A stretch of 64,000 nucleotides of DNA from the IMG/VR virus record IMGVR_UViG_3300014613_000018, positions 50,502-114,501 of that record, one strand, 5' to 3'. Shown here one piece after another: positions 1 through 8,607 of the stretch. The notes under the pieces were generated by a model. The model was given only the letters and a program-made list of their open reading frames with translations. It did no database searches and had not been told where the DNA came from. The first letter of the stretch is position 1, and the number at the start of each line of letters is the position of its first letter. A program made the position numbers and the translations under genes. This DNA comes from a virus.

Positions 1-123
1 CCTCACCTTTAATAGTCACATGATAGGCAATAACTTTACTATCTTCAACTACTCTACCTGAAATAGTTGCAGTAATTTTTCTCTTATTAGGTAAGTGAAC
101 CCAAACAAGAGTACCTATATTCA
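1..123 (-). CDS. hypothetical protein, partial (runs off window)
   Basis: ATG at 123 just after stop of the 130-333 ORF; MNIGTLVWVHLP... Confidence 0.6.
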
Positions 124-129
124 TTATTC

Positions 130-333
130 TTACTCACCCCAATCCGATTGTGAATCTGTTTGTCTAATGTCAGTCAAGATTACAACACGTCTACCATAAG
201 CATGTACTACTTTATGACAATGGTTGCACTTGAAATTTACAGAATTACTACCATAAGCATCAATATTCCCAGTAACAAAATAAGGTACAAAATCTTCTTT
301 ATTACAGTAGGGGCATTTAATCCTGTCATTCAT
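130..333 (-). CDS. small zinc-ribbon protein
   Basis: CPYC...CNHC pairs; AAAGGA RBS; own promoter. Confidence 0.75.
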   Translation of the reverse strand: MNDRIKCPYCNKEDFVPYFVTGNIDAYGSNSVNFKCNHCHKVVHAYGRRVVILTDIRQTDSQSDWGE

Positions 334-347
334 TTCATTATCCTTTT

Positions 348-401
348 AATTTAGAGTTTTCCTAACACTTCTATTATAGCACAATTAGAAAGTGTTGTCA
401 A
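348..401 (-). promoter_or_regulatory. sigma70-type early promoter plus conserved leader
   Basis: TTGACA(401-396)-17nt-TATAAT(378-373), then GTGTTAGGAAAACTCTAAATT leader. Confidence 0.85.
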
Positions 402-411
402 GTGCTAGTTT

Positions 412-597
412 TTACATCCATTTATAGCCCTGTGTTAATAGTTCATCTTGTTTCTGTTCAAATTTCTTTTTGTTTGAAAATGTATAGACCCCAAAGAATT
501 TACTTCCATCAGGATACTTAGATACTCCATCATGGTAGTTTATAACATACTTTACTTTACCTATGTTATATTGAAGGTGCATTAATTTCTCATTCAT
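412..597 (-). CDS. hypothetical early protein
   Basis: ORF track, start moved to MNEKL (GGAGG RBS, TAATG overlap). Confidence 0.7.
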   Translation of the reverse strand: MNEKLMHLQYNIGKVKYVINYHDGVSKYPDGSKFFGVYTFSNKKKFEQKQDELLTQGYKWM

Positions 598-797
598 TAT
601 TCTTCCCTCCACACAAGTATTTGTGCATACCTGCTAAATGAGATTGAATTGCCAATATTCCAGCCGTAATGAATAATAGTGGTGTCACCTTCAATTAGCC
701 CTGTAGTGTTTATTACTTCATTGACACTAAATAGCTGATTGTTTAAGAATATTGAGTCAGTAATTTTAGCATCCTTTGCATCAATTACTTTAAGCAT
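597..797 (-). CDS. hypothetical early protein
   Basis: GAAAGGA RBS before MLKVID. Confidence 0.7.
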   Translation of the reverse strand: MLKVIDAKDAKITDSIFLNNQLFSVNEVINTTGLIEGDTTIIHYGWNIGNSISFSRYAQILVWREE

Positions 798-810
798 GAT
801 AATTCCTTTC

Positions 811-863
811 AATTTAGAGTTTTCCTAACACTTGAATATAGTACATTTAGAAACCATTGTCAA
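811..863 (-). promoter_or_regulatory. sigma70-type early promoter plus conserved leader
   Basis: TTGACA-17-TATATT; 23-bp leader identical to 348-370. Confidence 0.8.
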
Positions 864-1059
864 TAGCTTGTTTGGCTCCATTTAGTCCTGCTCTTTGAGT
901 AATACAGGTTCCATCTTTAACAACATCCCAAACTTGTCCAGAGATTCTTTCATAGATTAGGTAGCCTTTATACTCTTTAGGTTTTACATTAGTAATATAG
1001 TATTCAGGCCCATAATTGTTAGTTACTGGATTGTGCCAAGGGTTTTTATAGGTTGCCAT
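847..1059 (-). CDS. hypothetical early protein
   Basis: GGAGG RBS before MATYKNPW. Confidence 0.7.
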   Translation of the reverse strand: MATYKNPWHNPVTNNYGPEYYITNVKPKEYKGYLIYERISGQVWDVVKDGTCITQRAGLNGAKQAIDNGF

Positions 1060-1061
1060 TA

Positions 1062-1403
1062 TTAATCCTCCAAATCTGCTATTATATTTTCTCTCCATTT
1101 AATTTGCCAAGATCTGTCACTGTTAAATGGTCTTTTACTCCATACCTCAATGTCTTCTGTAAGCATGGTGACTATTGCTTCTGCTGTTTCACCTTCTACA
1201 TAATTGTAGTCAGAATTATTATAGTACCAACCATATTCATCATAAAAGGTATCTTCAAAGGTACTATCAATATCCTGTTCTATACAGTTATGGTGCATAT
1301 CCTCGGTAAGTAGAATATCATATAATTCTTCATCATTGTTATGCAGTACCTTGAATATCTTACCAGCTTGTGTAGTATGCTGTGCAAAGTAATATACTCT
1401 CAT
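1062..1403 (-). CDS. acidic hypothetical protein
   Basis: GAAAGGA RBS; D/E-rich. Confidence 0.7.
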   Translation of the reverse strand: MRVYYFAQHTTQAGKIFKVLHNNDEELYDILLTEDMHHNCIEQDIDSTFEDTFYDEYGWYYNNSDYNYVEGETAEAIVTMLTEDIEVWSKRPFNSDRSWQIKWRENIIADLED

Positions 1404-1421
1404 TTCAATTTCCTTTCTCAG

Positions 1422-1643
1422 TTACCAAGAATAGGCATCTTTTTCCTTAGTAGTATTATCATGCAACACACTAAAATAATTTTCTTTTAAGGTTTCTACT
1501 TTTCCAGTGTAATCAGCATGAAGCATTACTCCATTAAAATTTACTACTATTTCACATTTAAGATCAGTAGCTAATCTTATCATTTCAGAACAAGTATCAG
1601 TGATAGTTTCTCCACCAACTGTTTCCATTTTTAGAATTAACAT
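1422..1643 (-). CDS. hypothetical early protein
   Basis: GAAAGGA RBS; promoter upstream. Confidence 0.7.
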   Translation of the reverse strand: MLILKMETVGGETITDTCSEMIRLATDLKCEIVVNFNGVMLHADYTGKVETLKENYFSVLHDNTTKEKDAYSW

Positions 1644-1657
1644 TTCAATTTCCTTTC

Positions 1658-1711
1658 AATTTAGAGTTTTCCTAACAGTAGTATTATAACACTTAGAAAT
1701 CTAAATGTCAA
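1658..1711 (-). promoter_or_regulatory. sigma70-type early promoter plus conserved leader
   Basis: TTGACA-17-TATAAT; third copy of leader. Confidence 0.85.
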
Positions 1712-1937
1712 TAGGTCTTACTTCAAAACAGATACCTTCAGGTATAGCAATGAATATCATGTTAGTATCTGTAAAATTCATTACTCTAAATTCTATCTGA
1801 GTAATACCTAACTGATCGTTATGAAATGCTTCCTTAGATAGTATTGTCACTGTAGTAATACTTCCATTGACTACATGAAGTATTTCACTGCCAATTGTAA
1901 CATCATCATAAGTAGTAACTTCTAGTCTTAGTTTCAT
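1701..1937 (-). CDS. hypothetical protein
   Basis: GAAAGGA RBS. Confidence 0.7.
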   Translation of the reverse strand: MKLRLEVTTYDDVTIGSEILHVVNGSITTVTILSKEAFHNDQLGITQIEFRVMNFTDTNMIFIAIPEGICFEVRPIDI

Positions 1938-1954
1938 GTTAGTATCCTTTCAAT

Positions 1955-2137
1955 TTAGGTTAGTAATATACATTCTGCTTTAGTGTAATACAGAATATTG
2001 TTAAGATATAATCCTAGTATTCTATTAGAAGGGTAAGTATCATGTAGTACTCCATAGCGAGTAAATGAAATAGCATGTTCTACTGCTTTGATAGTACCAA
2101 TTCCATCGGGAGTATTTACCTTATCTTCTATTTTCAT
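1955..2137 (-). CDS. hypothetical protein (SH3/KOW-like start)
   Basis: MKIEDKVNTPDGIGTI; RBS. Confidence 0.65.
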   Translation of the reverse strand: MKIEDKVNTPDGIGTIKAVEHAISFTRYGVLHDTYPSNRILGLYLNNILYYTKAECILLT

Positions 2138-2149
2138 TTTAGTTTCCTT

Positions 2150-2359
2150 TCAATCTGGTAAAACATTTGAAGGTACTGTTATTGAATACAGTTCTGCAAT
2201 GAAAACTAATCCAGCTTCCCTATCTACTGCTATTACTCCAGTATCAGCATGTTTAGCACAGTAATTATTAGCATCTTCTTCACTTGTAGCTATGTGAGTT
2301 ACTCTAAATATCTTACCCATACTTTTACAGTAAATATGCAGATTGTTTGTTATGTTCAT
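2150..2359 (-). CDS. hypothetical protein
   Basis: GAGGA RBS before MNITNN. Confidence 0.65.
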   Translation of the reverse strand: MNITNNLHIYCKSMGKIFRVTHIATSEEDANNYCAKHADTGVIAVDREAGLVFIAELYSITVPSNVLPD

Positions 2360-2360
2360 G

Positions 2361-2543
2361 TTATTCCTCTTCCTCATAAGGTTCAAAGATTGAAGGGTTA
2401 ATACCTTTGTAAATATTACCTCTTTCACCTACAGGAGTAACCCAGATAGTATTTTTACATACCTTGTAAATTTCATAAAAGCGAACACAAGGATTGGTTT
2501 TAGAAGTAACTTTCATTCTTGTCTTACAATCTTCAATCTTCAT
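2361..2543 (-). CDS. hypothetical protein
   Basis: GAAAGGA RBS. Confidence 0.65.
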   Translation of the reverse strand: MKIEDCKTRMKVTSKTNPCVRFYEIYKVCKNTIWVTPVGERGNIYKGINPSIFEPYEEEE

Positions 2544-2544
2544 T

Positions 2545-2727
2545 TCAGTTTCCTTTCAAAATAGAAATAGCTTTTTCTGCTCTTTCAATGATAGTAAGCT
2601 GAATCTTACTTTTTTCATCATATATTTCAGCATTAGGAGCATATTCTTCTATATAAATCAATTCAGCTTTAGCTTCTGCTATGTAGTCATTAAGTACAGA
2701 TATAGCATGTGCAAACATTGAAGACAT
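2545..2727 (-). CDS. hypothetical protein
   Basis: AAAGGA RBS. Confidence 0.65.
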   Translation of the reverse strand: MSSMFAHAISVLNDYIAEAKAELIYIEEYAPNAEIYDEKSKIQLTIIERAEKAISILKGN

Positions 2728-2740
2728 TTCAATTTCCTTT

Positions 2741-2887
2741 CTACTGTGCTAAGTGACAATCTTCATGGTAAAGACCGGCAGGACATATTGCGTTACCTTC
2801 CCAGTATACTATTGTATCAAATCTAGTAAATTCTTCTCCACAATGTATACAGCAAGGGGTTTCTGGGCAAGTGACTGTAATTTCCAT
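2741..2887 (-). CDS. 48-aa Cys/His zinc-finger-like protein (not in ORF track)
   Basis: MEITVTCPETPCCIHCGEEF...YHEDCHLAQ; GAAAGGTG RBS; promoter upstream. Confidence 0.6.
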   Translation of the reverse strand: MEITVTCPETPCCIHCGEEFTRFDTIVYWEGNAICPAGLYHEDCHLAQ

Positions 2888-2929
2888 TTTTTTCACCTTT
2901 CAAAATAGAGTTTCAATTTCCATGTACAT

Positions 2930-2986
2930 ATAATAACTATTTTCTAAATGAATGTCAAGGGGTAAAACAATTTGGTTTTACCCCTT
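2930..2986 (-). promoter_or_regulatory. stem-loop fused to early promoter
   Basis: 12-bp inverted repeat AAGGGGTAAAAC/GTTTTACCCCTT running into TTGACA-17-TATTAT. Confidence 0.7.
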
Positions 2987-3000
2987 TGTGTAAGTAACTT

Positions 3001-3417
3001 CTACCATCTAACAAAGATCACTATATCTTCCTGATAGCCTTTTCTCTTTGCAATTATTCCGCAAGTAGCCTTATTGCGAGTATGCAGATACTTACCTTTC
3101 ATTTCAGGGTGGTTTTTACCTGTCATTAAAAAGGCCATATAGGTAACATAGAAATCTTCTTGAGATACTTCACAAAGAATATCTCCTCTTTCAGTAGTAT
3201 TAAGTAGCTCAAGGAAGTTAAGCTTTCTATATGTTCTCTTATCCTTCTGTACTGGCTTTTCAATAGGAGGTTCATATATACCTTTAAGTGTAGTAGAAAA
3301 GCCTGATTCCTGTGCTAATTCTCTTGCCTTACTTCTGGAGATATTAGCTGTAAATATTCCATTAGGACTAAGATAACCAAAGTGGCCTGTAGTATCCTTG
3401 TAAATTCCGGGGTTCAT
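3001..3417 (-). CDS. hypothetical protein
   Basis: RBS and own promoter. Confidence 0.75.
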   Translation of the reverse strand: MNPGIYKDTTGHFGYLSPNGIFTANISRSKARELAQESGFSTTLKGIYEPPIEKPVQKDKRTYRKLNFLELLNTTERGDILCEVSQEDFYVTYMAFLMTGKNHPEMKGKYLHTRNKATCGIIAKRKGYQEDIVIFVRW

Positions 3418-3452
3418 TTTAGTATCCTTTCAATTTAGAGTTTCATGTACCT

Positions 3453-3510
3453 ATAATAACTAATTCTTACAAGATTGTCAAGAGGATAGGTATCTATGCC
3501 TATCCTCTTA
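3453..3510 (-). promoter_or_regulatory. stem-loop fused to early promoter
   Basis: AAGAGGATAGG/CCTATCCTCTT hairpin abutting TTGACA-17-TATTAT. Confidence 0.7.
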
Positions 3511-3521
3511 TTCCATTTAGT

Positions 3522-4646
3522 TTACTCAGGTTCAGGCAGTCTCACAGGCATAAGTAAGGCTATTCTTTCAGTATCCTCATACAATACTGCTGTACTGCAA
3601 TCCTTAACCTTGAGTACCAGAGGATTATTGTCAACAAAGTTAGCAATATCCTGAAGCAAGCAAGCATTAAAAGCTATCTGCCCATTATAACTACCTGTTC
3701 CACATTCGGATTCCCATGACATGCTATCAGTGTTCTCACCATAGGCAGTAATTTTATCATTGTTATAAGCGAGAAGTATCTGATGTGTCGCAGGGTTAAT
3801 CAGCTTGATAGGAATGTTGTCTATTACTTTTCTGTCAAGGTTAATTACTTCCTGATTGTTTGCAGGTATAACCTTTTCATAGGGAGGATATGGCCCTTCA
3901 ACTTTGCGTATACTAATCATCCAATCCTCACCGGAAAACTGGGTATAAGTAATGTCACCAGTAGTAATTTCACCAGTAGTAAGGTTAGTAACCTTTGTTA
4001 ACAGGCTACCTATTGCCATTGGTGCATACTCTTTCCTATCATAGCTTTCACTTGCCTTAACAAGCTGTAGAAGTGGCTTGATTCCATTACCATCTATAAT
4101 GGTACTCTGATGGAACATTTCAGGTGCATTCTTAAATATCCCCATTACATGCCCATTAGTACCAACCAATTCAGACCTTTCCTTATTGTAGCATATTCCT
4201 GTAAGACTGGCTCTAATTTCATTCCTATCAGCTACAAAGGGCATCAATGAAACCAGCTTGTCAACTATTGCAGTAGTATGGTCTGTTCTTGTGTTGTCAG
4301 CAATCTCAGGCAATGAAGGATAGCTTTCCCGGCTGTCAGAAGGAAGATTAAAGATACCTATGGGAGTGTGTATGTTGAGTTTCTTATTGGCTACTGTAAG
4401 GCTGATTTCACTACCTTTAGGAGTAGCATCAATAGCCTTTACAAGTGAAGCATAGTCAACTACTGCCGTGAAATCATTACTGGTAAGGTCAATTACTTTT
4501 ACTACAGTAGTAATGTCAAGGTCTGTAGTAGAGAATGTAGTCTCACAAGTGTTATTTTCAATCAGTACATGGCTCAATGAAGGTAGAGAAGTTTTAGGAG
4601 GCACATGCAGAGCCTTGAGTTTCTTAACCAGTGTTTCCTTGTTCAT
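3522..4646 (-). CDS. dnaN: DNA polymerase III beta subunit (sliding clamp)-like
   Basis: 374 aa; TTDLD, SLTGI, VGTNGH, EGPYPPYEKVIP, IAFNA, C-terminal LLMPVRL. Confidence 0.88.
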   Translation of the reverse strand: MNKETLVKKLKALHVPPKTSLPSLSHVLIENNTCETTFSTTDLDITTVVKVIDLTSNDFTAVVDYASLVKAIDATPKGSEISLTVANKKLNIHTPIGIFNLPSDSRESYPSLPEIADNTRTDHTTAIVDKLVSLMPFVADRNEIRASLTGICYNKERSELVGTNGHVMGIFKNAPEMFHQSTIIDGNGIKPLLQLVKASESYDRKEYAPMAIGSLLTKVTNLTTGEITTGDITYTQFSGEDWMISIRKVEGPYPPYEKVIPANNQEVINLDRKVIDNIPIKLINPATHQILLAYNNDKITAYGENTDSMSWESECGTGSYNGQIAFNACLLQDIANFVDNNPLVLKVKDCSTAVLYEDTERIALLMPVRLPEPE

Positions 4647-4695
4647 TTTAGTTTCCTTTCAGTTTCAAGTTTAAGTAACCAGTCATAACAATTAG

Positions 4696-4724
4696 AATAT
4701 AGCTAATGAAAATCTAATTGTCAA
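4696..4724 (-). promoter_or_regulatory. promoter of sliding clamp gene
   Basis: TTGACA-17-TATATT. Confidence 0.75.
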
Positions 4725-4727
4725 GTG

Positions 4728-5084
4728 CTAGCTTTTAGCCTTTTCAATGGCTACTATGAAAGACCCACAACAATTATAACAGGAGTATCCTATCATGGTT
4801 TCATCCTCATAAGGTTCAAAATAGTCCCTTGAACCACCAACCAGATAGATACCTTCAATGTTCAAGTTATGGTTTCTATCATTAGCATTTTTGTTAGCAT
4901 TAAGTGAAATTGGAATATGCTTAATGAGAGTAAATTCAGCATCCTTGTTATAAGCACAGCCATCAATCATACCATCAAATTTAGATTTAACCTTAATGAA
5001 CAGTGGAGTTTTAGGATCATTTCTGTACTTGTTAACAAAGCTTTTGAAGGTAGCCTTTGTGGGTTTCTTTTTAAGTATTATCAT
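4728..5084 (-). CDS. hypothetical protein
   Basis: RBS; promoter TTGACA-16-TATACT at 5159-5132. Confidence 0.75.
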   Translation of the reverse strand: MIILKKKPTKATFKSFVNKYRNDPKTPLFIKVKSKFDGMIDGCAYNKDAEFTLIKHIPISLNANKNANDRNHNLNIEGIYLVGGSRDYFEPYEDETMIGYSCYNCCGSFIVAIEKAKS

Positions 5085-5159
5085 TTCAATTTCCTTTCAA
5101 GTTTAAGTTTAGTATCAATTTCTACACAGGTAGTATAACAGGTTATTGCTAAATGTCAA

Positions 5160-5856
5160 CCCCTAAGTTGAAAATTATCTAAATCGTTGAAACACTTGCA
5201 CTTGACATCTAAATTAGGCCACCACATACTCCAGTGTTGAAACAGGATCACAAAAACTAAAAGTGAAATTAGATATTCGGGAAAATCATGGCTAGATTAC
5301 AGCTAAATCCACAAAACTACTTTTAGTATTACAAAATGTTTCGTGAAACTCATATTCAGGTTAGCAATTAGATAAAAGGAGCATAGAATGATGATTGAAT
5401 TTTCCCGTGACGTATAGCAAATTTCCTCTTAGTCAAAAATTGATGTTTTTTAATTTCAAAAATTATTATTTAATGGTACTTTTTACAAGTGCATTACATT
5501 ATTTAGTCATTTCAAGTGACCTATTTTAACATTAAATAACTTGATAAATATTACTTTAATTGTTACTTAAACTAGCATTACAGTTATGTGTGTTCAATAA
5601 TAAGTCTTGTACAATAAAATTGAACATGCTAAAATAATGAACAAGTAGTATTAAATAATCAGTCTAATTAATTCTAACACTTACTATTAAGTTTATATTT
5701 TGTGGATAATTTAGGCCGTAATAATGTAGTTTTAATAGGTAAGTTAAGTAGTATACTGATTAGAGAAGTTCAACAGTTATTGAAAGTTAAATGTGAGAAT
5801 TTGAATAAAGAAAAGGACACCCCTTTAAGATGCCCTTTACTCCCTGTAAGATAGCC
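5160..5856. other. long AT-rich non-coding region (candidate origin or genome terminus)
   Basis: about 700 bp with no credible ORF; perfect DnaA box TTATCCACA on minus strand at 5701-5709; hairpin near 5811-5840. Confidence 0.45.
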
Positions 5857-6087
5857 CTATTTAAGTGTACTCCCTTTATTGTTTAGTAATATTCTAATAT
5901 TTTTATTGTTAACTAGAACATTATTACTGACGGCATGGATAGCGTTACCTATATCTACATTAACTTTAGATTGTTGTGTAAGGAATTGTAAATAGGAAGT
6001 TCTTAAACCTATACAGAACAATGTTAATATTACTGTAGTAGTATAGAAGAACCATATAACTAGGGTTAATAGAATGTAGATTAACAT
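5857..6087 (-). CDS. small membrane protein
   Basis: N-terminal hydrophobic helix; overlaps the upstream stop. Confidence 0.55.
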   Translation of the reverse strand: MLIYILLTLVIWFFYTTTVILTLFCIGLRTSYLQFLTQQSKVNVDIGNAIHAVSNNVLVNNKNIRILLNNKGSTLK

Positions 6088-6359
6088 TTAGTATCCTTCG
6101 CCTTCTGGATGTCGGCGAGAACTGATTCTGCTATTAGGGTAAAAGGATAGGCATCGCACCAATCAACTGAACTGATGTTTTGCCGACGAGCCTCACGAAA
6201 CAATTCGCACAAGTCGTTTAGGCTGCTCTCCATCCTCCCCACCATCTCGGCGGTTTTGCGGAGGCTGGCGTTTTCTTCTGCAACCAATGCTGCCTTTTCA
6301 AGTGCATCCTTCACTTCATCCAAGTCAGCAATTTTGATTGTTATAGTTGAACTAGCCAT
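6081..6359 (-). CDS. coiled-coil hypothetical protein
   Basis: start MASSTITI at TAATG overlap. Confidence 0.65.
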   Translation of the reverse strand: MASSTITIKIADLDEVKDALEKAALVAEENASLRKTAEMVGRMESSLNDLCELFREARRQNISSVDWCDAYPFTLIAESVLADIQKAKDTKC

Positions 6360-6520
6360 TATCCTTCTCCCCTTCCTGATGTGTCTGTCATGTGTGGTAG
6401 AATTTCGGGTTCTGGAGGAGAATACCACAACTTGACATATTCTCTGGGTTTACCTTGTATTTCTTGAATTGTTATCTCTCTGGAAAATTGGTAAGATGTG
6501 GCAAATGTTGACTGTGCCAT
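6359..6520 (-). CDS. 53-aa hypothetical protein (not in ORF track)
   Basis: MAQSTFATSYQF...GRGEG; TAATG overlaps at both ends. Confidence 0.55.
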   Translation of the reverse strand: MAQSTFATSYQFSREITIQEIQGKPREYVKLWYSPPEPEILPHMTDTSGRGEG

Positions 6521-6846
6521 TACTTCTCCCCTTCCTTTCCCTGCGGGGTGGCGAGGGCTTCATGCTTCCTCATCCATTCGGGCACACTATCACACTCCCC
6601 TGGTTGACCTATCTTGAGATAATGCAACAAAGCATCTCCAATACCACTGCGAGGATCGATCTTTCCTGATACAATCTGACAGGCACACACATACGCCAGT
6701 CTGTTGGCTCCTATCTTGTCAATGTCCCCCGCCCTCTCCTGTGCCGGGGTGAGGGGGGTAATTTTGCCTGACTTCATTCCACAGGCATATTGCGTCATAC
6801 CTATAACAGACGACAGCCACTCCGCATCCACCACCAGCTTACTCAT
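6520..6846 (-). CDS. hypothetical protein
   Basis: GGAG RBS; coupled to neighbours. Confidence 0.65.
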   Translation of the reverse strand: MSKLVVDAEWLSSVIGMTQYACGMKSGKITPLTPAQERAGDIDKIGANRLAYVCACQIVSGKIDPRSGIGDALLHYLKIGQPGECDSVPEWMRKHEALATPQGKEGEK

Positions 6847-7063
6847 TATCGGCTCCCTTCTGCTTCATCATCTCTTCGTACTTGGCGCGGATTTCGGCGG
6901 GGTATGCAAACGCTAACCAACAATGGAAACATGTGTAGTATTCGTCCCCCTCTCGTGAAATCTCCATGTTGGGAGCCACGCATTTCTTAAACATATTGGG
7001 GCATGGCATAGAATCATCTTCAGCCAACTCCCTCGCCATTTCCTCCACGGTAGGTTTACTCAT
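6839..7063 (-). CDS. Cys-containing hypothetical protein
   Basis: GAGGAGG RBS before MSKPTV. Confidence 0.6.
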   Translation of the reverse strand: MSKPTVEEMARELAEDDSMPCPNMFKKCVAPNMEISREGDEYYTCFHCWLAFAYPAEIRAKYEEMMKQKGADNE

Positions 7064-7283
7064 GGCTGGCCTCCTCTTCCGTGGCTGGAGGGGCTTCCGG
7101 GGCATCCATCCACGGCTGACAGCCATGTATTTCGGACGGGCTTAGCTCTGTTTGGTATCCACACGCCTCGCAGTAGCACCCCCAATGCTGGACAAAATAG
7201 GTATGAATGCCCATTCGGAATGCAACCTCTCCACACTTGGGGCAGACATGTGAGGGGGCTGCAGGATTTCTGTCTCTCATCAT
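7056..7283 (-). CDS. Lar-like zinc-ribbon protein
   Basis: CPKCG...CEACG. Confidence 0.55.
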   Translation of the reverse strand: MMRDRNPAAPSHVCPKCGEVAFRMGIHTYFVQHWGCYCEACGYQTELSPSEIHGCQPWMDAPEAPPATEEEASHE

Positions 7284-7960
7284 TCACCTTCCTTCGTGGC
7301 TGGAGGGGTGAGGGCAGCAGCTACTATTGCCATGACTCGGTTGGTGTTTGCCATGTTTAGAACATTCTTGCCTAAACACACTCCATATATTCGGTCAAGT
7401 GCGTTTCTGGCCACACCGAGTTCCCCCTCCAACTCCCCGACCCGTTTGCGGAGGCGGTTATTCTTTTTTATGAGATTCCGTACCATTCCGTAGATAGTGT
7501 TATCTATGCCTTCTCCGGCGACAGCATCATCTAAGAGTTCCAAAATAGCTAGTGCTGTTTCTTGTGGGACATAGCTCTTCTCCAACTCCCCGACCCGCTT
7601 CCTGAGTGCGTCCTCGGTGGGGCGGTAACTCTGCCACTGTTCGACCAAATTTGCAACGGTATGGGCTATGGCCTCTACCACATATTCGTTATCAGCCTTA
7701 TGCTCGTCTGGAGTAAATTCTCCCACGAAGTATTGAGCCACATGAACCATCTCATGCACAATCACAAATAAGGGGCAAGAATCAATAGGTACAGACAACC
7801 TGATAATGCCAATGTTGTGAGATATTTCATAATCTGGATTCAGCTCAAATTCAGCAAAGTTGCCTTTCTGCAACTTAACATTGTCAACAACAGAGACAAA
7901 CAATGGTGCTTGTTCTCCTGCTGGAAACAATCTAAACGGGCACTTCCTCTTCTCACTCAT
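7280..7960 (-). CDS. mosaic protein with HExxH zincin-like motif and repeated coiled-coil
   Basis: HEMVH...EAIA; LRKRVGELE twice. Confidence 0.6.
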   Translation of the reverse strand: MSEKRKCPFRLFPAGEQAPLFVSVVDNVKLQKGNFAEFELNPDYEISHNIGIIRLSVPIDSCPLFVIVHEMVHVAQYFVGEFTPDEHKADNEYVVEAIAHTVANLVEQWQSYRPTEDALRKRVGELEKSYVPQETALAILELLDDAVAGEGIDNTIYGMVRNLIKKNNRLRKRVGELEGELGVARNALDRIYGVCLGKNVLNMANTNRVMAIVAAALTPPATKEGE

Positions 7961-8318
7961 TATCGGCCTCCCCGTCGTGTACGGAGCCGTATTCAATTCT
8001 TTCCGACACAAAGGTTCCAACTTCGGAATGATGCAGAATCAGACTATCACCATCCGCCGTATAGAACTCACGCCAGTACATTGTTTGTGGGCTGTAAATT
8101 ATGCCTGCACCATAGACAGATGCAGTCCACTCAAGAACAATCATGCCATCTGTATAGCTGACTCCAATGCACTCCATGTGCTGATAATTGAGCCTTGTAT
8201 CTATTAAGCGAATTGTGGTACCATTCTGCATTGTCATGGTCTGGCCTGGTTCAACTTCAACTTGGTTAGCTATGTAGCTTTTGGGTATCAATGCCAGAAG
8301 TATCAATATCAAATTCAT
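7953..8318 (-). CDS. putative exported protein
   Basis: GAGGA RBS before MNLILILLAL; flanked by 16-bp direct repeat. Confidence 0.6.
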   Translation of the reverse strand: MNLILILLALIPKSYIANQVEVEPGQTMTMQNGTTIRLIDTRLNYQHMECIGVSYTDGMIVLEWTASVYGAGIIYSPQTMYWREFYTADGDSLILHHSEVGTFVSERIEYGSVHDGEADNE

Positions 8319-8354
8319 TTCAATTCCTCTCTTCCCCATCGTGTACGGAGCCGT
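7975..8354. repeat. 16-bp direct repeat TCGTGTACGGAGCCGT
   Basis: copies at 7975-7990 and 8339-8354. Confidence 0.85.
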
Positions 8355-8418
8355 TTTCTTCTTCACACTCTACCATATCATCTTTCCTTTCTATTCAAGT
8401 TTTCTTAACTACCTTTGT

Positions 8419-8569
8419 AATATACACCTTTAATTTTCATTGTCAAGTGTCTAGGATTCCTTGATTGTTCCTCCTCAGTCTTCAAGTAATATATCACTAA
8501 TCTTCACAGTGTCAATAGTGGAGATTGAAATAGCTCCTACTTGACAATCGTACAGTGTTGTTATATAAT
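8419..8569. promoter_or_regulatory. divergent promoter cluster
   Basis: minus: TTGACA at 8446 and 8515, each with TATATT; plus: TTGACA(8541)-17-TATAAT(8564). Confidence 0.8.
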
Positions 8570-8607
8570 AGCTAAGTAGTAATTCTTAACATTGAAAGGA
8601 GAATCTA

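Larger units (their letters stand above)
6081..8380 (-). other. GC-rich, CpG-rich mosaic accessory island
   Basis: abrupt compositional shift; tightly coupled small ORFs; internal 14-18 bp direct repeats. Confidence 0.7.

Noticed and set aside
341-1711. CRISPR array from the repeated 20-23 bp leader
   Set aside because: Copies are 460-850 bp apart, separated by genes, and sit between promoter and RBS
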